From positions 192,001 through 256,000 of the forward strand of contig CAVTBV010000013.1 of NCBI GenBank assembly GCA_963733095.1: DNA of 64,000 nucleotides, in the 5' to 3' direction. Positions 39,268 to 49,038 of this stretch are shown here, in pieces (the first letter of the stretch is position 1; each line of letters opens with the position of its first letter). Below the pieces are notes generated by a model. That model saw nothing but the letters and a program-made list of their open reading frames with translations. It was not told the origin of the DNA and did no database searches. A program made the position numbers and the translations under genes. This stretch comes from Candidatus Bathyarchaeota archaeon. GTDB lineage: Archaea > Thermoproteota > Bathyarchaeia > Bathyarchaeales > Bathycorpusculaceae.

Positions 39268-40173
39268 GTGACTGAGCAACCAAAACCTGAACCGCCTAAA
39301 CCAGTGGAGAAAGAGCAGGACAACTTCAAATTCCAAATCGTCTACTTAGTTCCCATATTAGCTAGCATGCTCTTCGGTTTAGCCTGCGCTTACCTTATTG
39401 CACCCCAGCAGGCAGAAGCTATACCCGTCACACCAATCCCCGAAACCACCCCGGGAGCACCATATGGCAACGCACTGTACTTTGTGGTCTTAATCGCAAT
39501 AAGCGCCACAATATTCTATTTCCTGCTTAAAAGAAAAAGCAAAAATATAATTAAAGGCTTAATCATAGTCGCGTTGACGACGGCGTCACTGCTGTTGTCG
39601 CTGGTTTACCTGTCCGCGATTTTACCGTACTTCCCATTTGTAGATAATTTGTGGGTGCTGATTGCTTTATCAATTGCTGTGGCGGTGCTCTTTGACCTCG
39701 CCATCTTCCGATTGGGCAGCATAGCCCGAAATGTGGCCGTCGTTGCTATAGGCGGCGCACTAGGTATCTTCTTTGGGTTCTCTATCCCCCTCTACAGCGG
39801 AGTCATCATCTTGGCATTCCTCGCAATCTACGATGTCATCGCAGTCTACAAGGGTCCAGTGGGAAAGATTGCTGCCTCGGGACTTGACCAGCTGCAGGGT
39901 TTGAGTTTCTCGTTTAAGGACATCCAGATGGGACTAGGAGATTTAGTATTCTACTCCATGCTCATGGGCATCATGTTCTTTGGTTTTCCCCAAAGTGTCC
40001 TGCCAACGATCATGGCTATAGTCGGTATCCTGGCAGGTTCAATAATAACTTTCTTTGCGCTGGAGAAAAAAGGGATTTTTCCAGGGTTGCCTTTTCCAAT
40101 CATGCTAGGGCTAGCAGTTGGGCTAATAACCGTGCTCCTTTTGGGACTACCTTTTCCCACCTCGCTGATTTAG
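39268..40173 (+). CDS. Presenilin-like intramembrane aspartyl protease
   Basis: YD, GLGD and PGLP motifs, many TMs; GTG at 39268. Confidence 0.85.
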   Translation: MTEQPKPEPPKPVEKEQDNFKFQIVYLVPILASMLFGLACAYLIAPQQAEAIPVTPIPETTPGAPYGNALYFVVLIAISATIFYFLLKRKSKNIIKGLIIVALTTASLLLSLVYLSAILPYFPFVDNLWVLIALSIAVAVLFDLAIFRLGSIARNVAVVAIGGALGIFFGFSIPLYSGVIILAFLAIYDVIAVYKGPVGKIAASGLDQLQGLSFSFKDIQMGLGDLVFYSMLMGIMFFGFPQSVLPTIMAIVGILAGSIITFFALEKKGIFPGLPFPIMLGLAVGLITVLLLGLPFPTSLI

Positions 40174-40240
40174 GTAACCACCAGTATGTTAATCATAAAC
40201 GTTTAAACCACCCAACCAACCATAAACAGCAGGTGTCTTT

Positions 40241-41074
40241 ACGGAAAAATCAACAGTGGCAATCGTGAAGGGTGAACGTGGGCTTGATCCCGTGTTTAAA
40301 GCCCTAGATTTAATCGATTACGAATCGGCTTTGGCTGGTTTTAAGAAGGTTCTCATAAAAGTTAACTTCATCACCACTATGACTTGGGATACAGGCGCAA
40401 CAACCGACCCCATCGTGGTTGAAGCGATAATTCAGCGCATAAAGAAACTGCCCGTTGAAATCTTCGTTGTGGAATCCGACGCAACAATGACAAACGCCGA
40501 CAAAGCCTTTGAAGCTACAGGTATGGCAGAGATGTGTAAGAAATACGACATCGAGTGCATTAACCTGCGTCATATCAAGGACAAAGTTAAAATCAAGATT
40601 CCTAGCGGTGAATGCCTAAACGATATAACTGTGCCCCGTATCGTAACTGAATCCGCAATCATTAGTGCCGCCAAAATGAAAACCCACATGGCAACCAAAG
40701 TCACCTTGGGCATGAAAAACATGTTCGGGCTCCTTCCAGACAAAATGAAGTTCAAATACCACGCCCGCGGCATAAGCAAAGTCATAGTTGACATAAACAC
40801 AGTCATAAAGCCACACTTGACCATTATTGACGGCTTCGTAGCTATGGAGGGACGCGGACCAACCGATGGGTCACCCCTCAAAATGGACCTAATACTCGCA
40901 GGCAAAGACCCTGTTGCAACCGACGCCACATGTGCACGCATAATGGGGTTAGACCCCCACGAAATCAGTCACATACGCACCGCTAACCAGAAAGGCATAG
41001 GTCAAATTGACGAAATAGAAACCGTGGGCTTAAATGTTGATGATGTGAAGCGTCCATTCAAGAAGGGTTGGTAG
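40241..41074 (+). CDS. DUF362 domain protein
   Basis: VLIKVN, TTDP, KMKTH, TLGMKN.FG, EGRGP, DPVATD; SD-positioned ACG at 40241 (GTG at 40256). Confidence 0.85.
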   Translation, partial: TEKSTVAIVKGERGLDPVFKALDLIDYESALAGFKKVLIKVNFITTMTWDTGATTDPIVVEAIIQRIKKLPVEIFVVESDATMTNADKAFEATGMAEMCKKYDIECINLRHIKDKVKIKIPSGECLNDITVPRIVTESAIISAAKMKTHMATKVTLGMKNMFGLLPDKMKFKYHARGISKVIVDINTVIKPHLTIIDGFVAMEGRGPTDGSPLKMDLILAGKDPVATDATCARIMGLDPHEISHIRTANQKGIGQIDEIETVGLNVDDVKRPFKKGW

Positions 41075-41163
41075 TTCCCCTTCTTTTGTTTTCAGTACCG
41101 TGTTGATATGGCAGTGGAGCATTGGCGGATTTTTTGTTTAGGCAAGCGCAAGGATAATATATC

Positions 41164-42354
41164 TTGTCTTGGAATCATGTCTGCGAGGGTGCCGTTGCTA
41201 TCAAAAGCAAAATCAGTTCTATTGGTTACGTGAATAAGATCCAAGAAAATGTCATGGGTATAAGAAAGAAGGAGTTGGCGCCTCTATACGAGGACCTTAA
41301 AGCCGCGGACTGCGTTATCTGCGGTGGGTCAGGTCGTTCGCTTTATTCACTTAACGCGGCTATGAGCCAGATTGCGCTTAGCCAAGCGGGTTGGCGAAAC
41401 AAAGTTGTCTTAACACCCGACGACCCGGGGTTTCCCGGTAAAAGCATGTATGATGCCGCCGCTGATCTAGAACGTCGCTACAAAAAAACCCTGCTCCTCA
41501 TGAATAGTGGCAGCGGCTACAGCGACGACCCCCTCGTCATGGCACAGGACCTAGCCAAATATATCGAAGAAAAGAAAAGCACCCATTTCTCCATGGGTCT
41601 CTTCACATCCGCTCCAGAGTCGCCATTATCAGAAATCACCCAAAAATACGGGCAAGTGGTTCAGCTAAAAGGACGCGGCAAATCCAAACCCGGCACCGAA
41701 TATGCCGAAACCGGCATGATGGGCGACATCTTCGAACTTGGCACCCTTGAAATCCTCAACAGCATGATTGAAGCCATATTCCGCAACCTTGAAGTAAATG
41801 ACGTCTTCCGACTGTGTGAAGAAGAATTTGAAAAAGTTGGCGATATGATAGACGACAACGTTAACAGCGAAACCTACACCCGACTCGTCGACATCATGGA
41901 AAAACGCACAAATGTGTTCCTCGGTGGAAAAGGCACAGGAAACGAAATCGCCAAAATGACTGGAGTGAGGCTCTTTCACATCAAAAGTTTCCTTGGTGAC
42001 AACGTTTACATTACACGGGGCGTCAACACGCCTCATCCAAGGGCGGGCGACTTGGAAATTCTGCTCTCGTTCTCAGGTGAAACAAGACCGGTAATCATTT
42101 GGGCTGATGTGCTCAAAAAGTTTGGCGGGACTGTCTTTGCAATAACTGGCAACAATGAGTCAACGCTCGCCAAAAAAGCTGACCTCAAAATCATCCTGCC
42201 CGAAAAAGTCAAGCCATCTACGCCACGACGCTTCTACACACGGGCAGCTTATGTTTTGAGCCCCCTGCCAGTGAAGCTTGCAGAACGCCTTGGTGAGCGA
42301 GGACTAAACCTGCCCGAATATATCATCAGCTGGTACCACTCCGTAACACAATAA
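41164..42354 (+). CDS. Tandem SIS-domain sugar isomerase-like protein
   Basis: GGSGRS/NSGSG in domain 1, GGKGTG/SFSGET in domain 2; start uncertain. Confidence 0.75.
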   Translation: MSWNHVCEGAVAIKSKISSIGYVNKIQENVMGIRKKELAPLYEDLKAADCVICGGSGRSLYSLNAAMSQIALSQAGWRNKVVLTPDDPGFPGKSMYDAAADLERRYKKTLLLMNSGSGYSDDPLVMAQDLAKYIEEKKSTHFSMGLFTSAPESPLSEITQKYGQVVQLKGRGKSKPGTEYAETGMMGDIFELGTLEILNSMIEAIFRNLEVNDVFRLCEEEFEKVGDMIDDNVNSETYTRLVDIMEKRTNVFLGGKGTGNEIAKMTGVRLFHIKSFLGDNVYITRGVNTPHPRAGDLEILLSFSGETRPVIIWADVLKKFGGTVFAITGNNESTLAKKADLKIILPEKVKPSTPRRFYTRAAYVLSPLPVKLAERLGERGLNLPEYIISWYHSVTQ

Positions 42355-42382
42355 CCAATAAAGAGAGGTTAAAGCCCCATTT

Positions 42383-43807
42383 TTACTGGTTTTTTAGCCA
42401 GAAGGGTTTGCCCAAGAGGAAATCGGTTAAGAACTCGGCAAAATCCCCGTTTTCCCCGTATATTTCAAGGGCCTCACTGTTGACGAGAACTTGAAGATTT
42501 TTTTGGATAGTTTTTGCAACTAAATCTGCAACGCCAACGTTCTTTCCCCCGTCCACCAATTTTTCTTTAAGAAGTACAATGGCATCAGTTGTTTTGCGAG
42601 GCAACTCAACCATCCAGCGCCCATCTTCTATATAGGGACCAGAAATCACCCTTTGGTTGTTGCTGTATTTGGATAAGTATTTTTTGCATTCGGCTTCTCG
42701 TTCTAGCGGCGGTCCCACATGCTTCTTTATGTTGGGCAATACTTGCTGCTCCAGCTTAAAAGCGAAAATGCTTTGGAATTTCTCGTTGCTCCAAACTGCG
42801 TCTTTGAGAACCCTAAAATCATTTAACTCAAGCAATGTTCGCAGCGAACGCTTGGACCTGAAGAGTTGCCCCCAAAGAACATCAGGGACAGCCTTCAACT
42901 CGCCTAAAACCAAAAATAAAATGGAATAGTTACGACTGCTCAGCTGTGTCTTTAGTGCTTCATGAGACAAAACTGTGGGTTTAGGCGGATAGAAGAATTC
43001 TTCGGAAGGCTTTTTCAAAAATTCCCGTGATGCTCCGACGAATGTGTAGAGTTTTTGGGGTTGCACCGCTGAAGCCACATTTCTTCCCTTATCAACAGGG
43101 TCAACGATTGCCAAGGGCTCTGGAAAAAGCAAGGTAAGCTCGTTTTCTCGATTTGTGTAGTAACCTTCAAGGTCAATTACTACCCGACAATTATACTGGG
43201 CAAAGGCACTTATGGTTTCAGCAAAGGAACCGTACTTCATTACTAAAAGTTCACAGAGATAACCGCTAAAACCTCCCACCTTAATTTCTGCACCGTAAAC
43301 GTCGATGGCTGCCATGAACTTTTTGAGAAGCCGAACCTCCCCATGCATCTCAGCGCTCAAACGTGATTTAATGTAGTCTGTGTGGTAGGGTGTCCGGTCT
43401 GTTGCGCTTTGCCATTTACCCGGTTTGGTATCGTAGCATGGAACAATGTCTATTCGGTGGCCTTCTGAGAAGATTTCAAGGTAAGGATGTTCAGCGAAAC
43501 GTTCAATCTGCTCTGCGCCCTCAGCGGCTTTTTTCGCGATTTTTAAGCCTACATCGCCTAGGTTTTTGCGTGGTATTGAGGTAGGTAGGCGTATGAAAAT
43601 GTCGATGTCAAGACTATCGCGTAGCCATGTGTCCTTGGCAACTGAACCTTCAACGCGGACGACTGCGCTTATGCCTTCTTGCTGGCAAACCAAAGTGATT
43701 TTATTTTCTAACTCTTTGGTTAAAACCTCAACTGTTGCATAATCCTTCTCTTTAGGCGTGATTTTTTCAAGAATCCGCTTAGTCAACGAATCTAATTCGT
43801 TTTCCAT
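42383..43807 (-). CDS. cca: Archaeal (class I) CCA-adding enzyme
   Basis: GSVAKDTWL...DIDIF, AEHPY, DRTPYH, GFSGYLCELL. Confidence 0.95.
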   Translation of the reverse strand: MENELDSLTKRILEKITPKEKDYATVEVLTKELENKITLVCQQEGISAVVRVEGSVAKDTWLRDSLDIDIFIRLPTSIPRKNLGDVGLKIAKKAAEGAEQIERFAEHPYLEIFSEGHRIDIVPCYDTKPGKWQSATDRTPYHTDYIKSRLSAEMHGEVRLLKKFMAAIDVYGAEIKVGGFSGYLCELLVMKYGSFAETISAFAQYNCRVVIDLEGYYTNRENELTLLFPEPLAIVDPVDKGRNVASAVQPQKLYTFVGASREFLKKPSEEFFYPPKPTVLSHEALKTQLSSRNYSILFLVLGELKAVPDVLWGQLFRSKRSLRTLLELNDFRVLKDAVWSNEKFQSIFAFKLEQQVLPNIKKHVGPPLEREAECKKYLSKYSNNQRVISGPYIEDGRWMVELPRKTTDAIVLLKEKLVDGGKNVGVADLVAKTIQKNLQVLVNSEALEIYGENGDFAEFLTDFLLGKPFWLKNQ

Positions 43808-43816
43808 GGTTATCAG

Positions 43817-44389
43817 TTAGGGGCAATATTCTTTGAGTGTTGAGTAAGTTGGACCTTTGGGCGATAGCTGGCTTTTTTTCAGCCGCAAACAATCTGCCCG
43901 TATGTTGCCAAAGTCATAATTAGCCTGTTTAGTTACGAGGTCCACTAATCTTTGTTTATTGGCGCCTGACCGAACACGCGCGATGGTTAAATGTGGGGTA
44001 AATCCGTTGGGGTCTGGCGCGAAACCTAACTCGTGGATTTGAGGCTCAAGCTGCTCAAAGATGCTCTTTAGTTGTTCAGCCCCATCAGTTATTCCTGCCC
44101 AAACCACCCGTGGATAATTAAGTGTTGGAAAAACCCCTAACCCAGCCAACTGGATGTTAAAAGGACTAAACTTCACGTTCTTCATTACTTCATAAACTTT
44201 CTCTATCTGTCCAAGGCTGATTCCGCCGAGAAAACGCAGAGAAATATGAATGTTTTTTGGTTCAACAAGTTTTAGATCTGCATTTGTTTGAATCAACATC
44301 TTTTGCGCAGCGGCAAGCCTGTTTAACACGTTGTCGTTTTTTATATCGAAAGCGATGAAGCTTCTAATTTGTGGTACTGGTTCTGACAT
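43817..44389 (-). CDS. thpR: RNA 2',3'-cyclic phosphodiesterase (2H family)
   Basis: HISL and HLTI motifs, RSFIA start, GPTY. Confidence 0.92.
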   Translation of the reverse strand: MSEPVPQIRSFIAFDIKNDNVLNRLAAAQKMLIQTNADLKLVEPKNIHISLRFLGGISLGQIEKVYEVMKNVKFSPFNIQLAGLGVFPTLNYPRVVWAGITDGAEQLKSIFEQLEPQIHELGFAPDPNGFTPHLTIARVRSGANKQRLVDLVTKQANYDFGNIRADCLRLKKSQLSPKGPTYSTLKEYCP

Positions 44390-44462
44390 GGTGCATCTTC
44401 ACTGTTTTTAACACATAACCCTCATAAATGCTTTTTAATCTATTCGTTTTACACATTCTCGA

Positions 44463-45206
44463 TTATTTTTGCTCTCTTGATTTTTGAGTAGCTGAAAAGT
44501 CTTTTTGGAAATAGTTGGGTAAATCTGATTTAGCAGGTTTAGGTTTCTCTGAGGGTTCTTTCATTTCTAACACTTTGTCTGTGCACAGTTTTGCTTCGTC
44601 ATTTCTGCCAAGTTTTGTCAAAATAACTCCTTTAACAATCAACGCCTCGGCGAAATTTGGCTTCAACCTTAAAGCTTGATCAATCGATTCGAGTGCTGTT
44701 TGATAATTGCCTTTGTTTCCTTGGGTTATTCCGATCAAGTAGTGGATTTGGGAGTTATTAGGTTTTTGTATTAGCAGGTCTTCGTAGCATTTTTGGGCTT
44801 CTTCAAACTTTTTTAGTTTTTGATAGAACGCTGCTAAGCGTAAGTAAAAGTCTATGTTGTCGGGTTCCAACTCGATCGCTTTAAGCTCGCACTCGACGGC
44901 TTGGTCATAGCGGTTCATCAGGCTGTAGGTGGCTCCCTTTAGATGCCACGCGTTTGCAAAATGGGGGGATAGCTCGATTATTTTATCGTAGCACTTTAAC
45001 GATTCAGCGCATCTGCCCAACTGACCTAAAATTACACCTTTCATTACCCATGCGTCTACATAGTTTTCTTGCAGTTTAAGGGCTTCATCGATGGACATTA
45101 AAGCGCTTTCATATTTACCTGCATCTTTACAAGAAATTCCGTTCTTCAGTTTAGCAGCAGCGTTGAACTGCCCTTTTGTATCAATATTTGGTTCTCTTTC
45201 AACCAT
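44463..45206 (-). CDS. Tetratricopeptide repeat protein
   Basis: About six TPR units (AW..KG..L..LGR..EA...YDK). Confidence 0.88.
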   Translation of the reverse strand: MVEREPNIDTKGQFNAAAKLKNGISCKDAGKYESALMSIDEALKLQENYVDAWVMKGVILGQLGRCAESLKCYDKIIELSPHFANAWHLKGATYSLMNRYDQAVECELKAIELEPDNIDFYLRLAAFYQKLKKFEEAQKCYEDLLIQKPNNSQIHYLIGITQGNKGNYQTALESIDQALRLKPNFAEALIVKGVILTKLGRNDEAKLCTDKVLEMKEPSEKPKPAKSDLPNYFQKDFSATQKSREQK

Positions 45207-45548
45207 GCCCTTAACCTTCAAAGTACGACTTGAAATTAGCCCGTTGTTCTTAAATGATAAAACAAGGATTCTTAATTTATAATTAATCGCTTGGAAAAAT
45301 ACAATACATTTGCATAGGTTGAGCTAATTTTTTGAGTATTTGTATAAGTTATGACTTTCCATGCTTTAAATCGATGAAGCCGTGCTTGTATTATAGTAGC
45401 TTGAACAATTTTGGCTTAAATAGTCATTTACTCCTTATCTGCTTAAATTCCTTTATGGTTATCTCGGAAATACAAACAAGCGCTTTTGTAAAACAAACGC
45501 TTTTAATTGAGACGCTTGCTAATATGAACCAAAAAAAGGGTAACTTAC

Positions 45549-46115
45549 GTGAACGCTGACAAATTGGTTATTGGTTTAGCAGGGATGCCTGGTTCAGGGA
45601 AATCATTGGTTGTTAATACTGCGCGCGAGCTGGGTTACGATGTTGTGGTAATGGGTGATGTGGTTAGAAACGAAACCCTCGACCGCGGTTTGGAGTTGAA
45701 TCCCCAGAACGTTGGAAAAGTTATGCTTCGTCTTCGGGAAGAGGGCGGGAACTTTGTTATTGCCCAGAAATGCATCCCTAAAATTGAGGAACAAACAAGC
45801 CCAAAAGTCCTCATAGATGGACTGAGAAGCCTGCATGAAGCTGACATCTTCAAAGAGCACTTCGCCAAATTCAGTCTCGTGGCAATCCACGCTTCTCCCG
45901 AAACCCGCTTTAACCGCCTATCAAACCGCCATCGAAGCGACGACCCTGCGGAATGGAAGGTCTTCAACGAACGGGACATGCGGGAACTAGGCGTTGGTTT
46001 AGGTAATGTTATAGCGATGGCTCAGCAGATAATAGTGAACGATAATAGCTTCGAACATGTTAAGGCTAAAGTGAAAGAATCACTTGCGAGGGTTGAGGAG
46101 AAATGGTTGAAGTAA
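45549..46115 (+). CDS. P-loop nucleotide kinase (UPF0200, dephospho-CoA-kinase-like)
   Basis: GMPGSGKS, MGDVVR, DGLRS, ERDMREL. Confidence 0.85.
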   Translation: MNADKLVIGLAGMPGSGKSLVVNTARELGYDVVVMGDVVRNETLDRGLELNPQNVGKVMLRLREEGGNFVIAQKCIPKIEEQTSPKVLIDGLRSLHEADIFKEHFAKFSLVAIHASPETRFNRLSNRHRSDDPAEWKVFNERDMRELGVGLGNVIAMAQQIIVNDNSFEHVKAKVKESLARVEEKWLK

Positions 46116-46501
46116 CAGTTTTTGTTGAAACCGAAATTAATCCAACGGAAAGTGAAGAAAAAGTTAAACAAGCGGTCAATAACTTTTTGGATGACGCAAC
46201 CATAGCGGTCAAGCCCGCAGTCAAGGGCAGCAGTTTAACTGCAGTAGCTAAAGGGCAAAATTCACTGCTTAAACTACGCAATATGCTACGCAACGACCGA
46301 ATCCGCGATGCGTCACGACGTTTGCTTTTCAAGTCAATACGAGGAAACATGATTTCATTTTGCTTAAACAAGCAGGTGGCTTTTGCAGGACACATCTCCT
46401 TCTCTGAACAAACCGCTGAGTCGCCGTTGGGTCCCATAAGAGTCAACATTGAGACTGATAATACAGAACAGCTAATCGATTGGCTTGCAGAAAAAACTTA
46501 G
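46103..46501 (+). CDS. UPF0201 predicted RNA-binding protein
   Basis: PTESEEKV, RIRDA, LNKQVAFAG, PLGPI. Confidence 0.85.
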   Translation: MVEVTVFVETEINPTESEEKVKQAVNNFLDDATIAVKPAVKGSSLTAVAKGQNSLLKLRNMLRNDRIRDASRRLLFKSIRGNMISFCLNKQVAFAGHISFSEQTAESPLGPIRVNIETDNTEQLIDWLAEKT

Positions 46502-46514
46502 CAGGAAGATAAGG

Positions 46515-47534
46515 TTGGCTGAAAGGGCACTGGTAACTAAGAGCGGCGCGGTTTTGTTAGGTGACAGCGTAGCATGCGATGCCCACGATGCTTCACGACC
46601 TATGCGGGTTGTTACTCACGCACATGCAGATCACCTCTATGGTTTGCGAAGCAGCCTGAAAGGTTGCGAAAAAGTTTTGATGACCAAAGCCACCCGCGAC
46701 CTCACAGAAACCCTCAACGAATCACTCAAACTCAAAGACTCCTCTGCAGTAAAAACCTTAGAGTACGGCAAGGTATTCAAGTACGGCAAAGAAAAAATCA
46801 GCTTCATCAAAGCCGACCACATCTTGGGTGCTTGCCAAGTTTTGGTTGAGGATGAAGGCGGCATACGCATCGTTTGGACGGGCGATTTCAGGCTTGAAGG
46901 CACCGCCGTCGTGGACTGTGATGTTTTGGTTGTGGAAGCCACGTATGGGAGCCCATCATGCAGACGCAACTTTGACGTTGACGTACGCGAACTCTTAGTT
47001 TCCATGATAGAGAAACGTCTGCGCGGCGGCACAGTTTACGTGTTCGGCTACCATGGCAAACTCCAAGAAGTCATGCAAATCCTGCGCAAAGCCGACGTTG
47101 AAGTGCCCTTTGTTATGCCTGAACGCGTTTACGAGGTTACCAAGGTTTGTGAAAAACACGGGATGGATCTTGGTTGTCTCTCTCTGTCTACCGACCATGA
47201 CGGACATGAGCTTTTAGATGGCAACCTGCCCTGCGTGGCATTCTACCATATGAATCAGCGCCAGCACGTGGGTCTGCGGAATGCGCGGATTTGTGTGAGT
47301 GGTTGGGAGTTTCGTAATCCTTGCAGGCAAATCGGCGACCGCGAACACCTCGTAGCCCTCAGCGACCACTCAGACTTTGACGGCTTAATCGAATATGTTA
47401 AACGCTCCAAAGCAAAGCAGGTTATCACTGACAATTACCGCAGCAACGGTGATGCGTTAGCTCAGGAAATCAGCAAGCGCTTAGGCGTATCCGCCGTCGC
47501 CATGCCCAGAGCCAACGGTCAAACTACCCTCTAA
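46515..47534 (+). CDS. MBL-fold (SNM1/beta-CASP-like) nuclease
   Basis: THAHADH, HILG, TGDF, EATYG, SDHSDF; TTG at 46515. Confidence 0.85.
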   Translation: MAERALVTKSGAVLLGDSVACDAHDASRPMRVVTHAHADHLYGLRSSLKGCEKVLMTKATRDLTETLNESLKLKDSSAVKTLEYGKVFKYGKEKISFIKADHILGACQVLVEDEGGIRIVWTGDFRLEGTAVVDCDVLVVEATYGSPSCRRNFDVDVRELLVSMIEKRLRGGTVYVFGYHGKLQEVMQILRKADVEVPFVMPERVYEVTKVCEKHGMDLGCLSLSTDHDGHELLDGNLPCVAFYHMNQRQHVGLRNARICVSGWEFRNPCRQIGDREHLVALSDHSDFDGLIEYVKRSKAKQVITDNYRSNGDALAQEISKRLGVSAVAMPRANGQTTL

Positions 47535-47607
47535 CTACAAGATTTTGAGGACTGGGTTGGTTAAAGTTTAAAAGCTAAGAGCCAAACACACATGCAAGTG
47601 AAATAGC

Positions 47608-48879
47608 ATGGCTAAATCATCTGTAATCTCGGGTTTCTACAAGCTGCCGCCCAAAGAGCGGTTAGCAATCATTAAAGATTTTGCCAATTTAACAGAAGAT
47701 GAAGTGCGTCTATTGGAGAACACTGGTTCTTTACCCATGGATGTGGCTGATCGCATGGTTGAAAACGTCATTGGCGTCTTTCCCGAGCCAATGGGCATAG
47801 GCGTTAACTTCCAAATCAACGGCAAAGACTACCTGATTCCCATGGCTACCGAAGAGCCAAGCGTAATTGCCGCAGCCAGCTACGCCGCAAAGATGGTTCG
47901 CGACGGCGGAGGCTTCCACACTAGCAGCACTGCGCCAGTGATGATTGGGCAAATCCAACTTGTCAACCTAAAAGACGCGAAAACCGCTCAAAAACAGGTT
48001 TTCGACGCAAAAGTAGACCTTCTTAAGAAAGCAAACGACCAAGACCCCGTCCTCAACCAATTCGGCGGCGGAGCCAAAGACCTCGATGCCCGAGTAATCG
48101 AAACAACCATGGGACAAATGCTCATCGTCCACTTGTTTGTTGACTGCCGAGACGCAATGGGCGCTAACGCCGTTAATACGATGGCAGAGGCAATTGCGCC
48201 CGTGATTGAGAAGCTAACAGGCGGGCATGTCTACCTCAGAATAATCTCTAACCTTGCAGTAAAGCGTCTCGCTAAAGCATGGTGCACCCTTCCCAAAGAA
48301 TCGTTGGGCGGAGAAGGAGTTGTCGACGGCATCGCTTATGCGTCGGCTTTTGCAGCAGCTGACCCCTACCGTGCAGCAACCCACAACAAAGGCGCCCTAA
48401 ACGGCATTATCGCAGTGGTTTTAGCCACAGGCAACGACCATCGTGCCATCGAAGCAGGAGCTCACGCCTACGCCGCATTCAACGGACCATATACATCTAT
48501 ATCTAAATGGGCCAAAAACGCCAACGGCGACCTAGAAGGCACCATTGAGTTGCCTATGGCTGTTGGCTTAATCGGCGGTGCAGTCAAAACCCACCCAATC
48601 GCCAGAATCGCCATGAAAATCTTAGGCGTCAAATCTGCAAATGAATTCGGCGAAGTCTTAGCCGCTGTCGGATTAGCCCAAAACCTCGGTGCCCTCCGCG
48701 CCCTTTCAAATGAAGGCATCCAGCGGGGCCATATGTCTCTGCACGCACGCAACATCGCAGTAACCGCAGGTGCCAAAGACAACCAAATCGACATTGTGGC
48801 GGAACGTATGGTTAAGGAACGTAAAGTTCGCGTGGACCGCGCCACAGAAATACTTGAAGATTTGACGAAAAAACAGTAA
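47608..48879 (+). CDS. mvaA: HMG-CoA reductase, class II
   Basis: ENVIG, MATEEPSV, DAMGAN.VN, RAATHNKG, GIQRGHMSLH. Confidence 0.93.
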   Translation: MAKSSVISGFYKLPPKERLAIIKDFANLTEDEVRLLENTGSLPMDVADRMVENVIGVFPEPMGIGVNFQINGKDYLIPMATEEPSVIAAASYAAKMVRDGGGFHTSSTAPVMIGQIQLVNLKDAKTAQKQVFDAKVDLLKKANDQDPVLNQFGGGAKDLDARVIETTMGQMLIVHLFVDCRDAMGANAVNTMAEAIAPVIEKLTGGHVYLRIISNLAVKRLAKAWCTLPKESLGGEGVVDGIAYASAFAAADPYRAATHNKGALNGIIAVVLATGNDHRAIEAGAHAYAAFNGPYTSISKWAKNANGDLEGTIELPMAVGLIGGAVKTHPIARIAMKILGVKSANEFGEVLAAVGLAQNLGALRALSNEGIQRGHMSLHARNIAVTAGAKDNQIDIVAERMVKERKVRVDRATEILEDLTKKQ

Positions 48880-49038
48880 GGGTACGTTTAACTTTTTTTT
48901 ATCTTCTTCTATTATTAATCCATAGGTGTAGCAACTTTTAGCGCTACCTTTTGAAATCCAAAAAGCTCGAACGGAAAAATCACCATTTTAAGATGTGCAT
49001 ACTGAGTGAAACGGCTCTTCAGTGTTTCCATCTCTGGT

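Noticed and set aside
45222-45548. AT-rich intergenic gap as an ncRNA or replication origin
   Set aside because: No repeats, ORB-like boxes or stable structure seen; explained by divergent promoters
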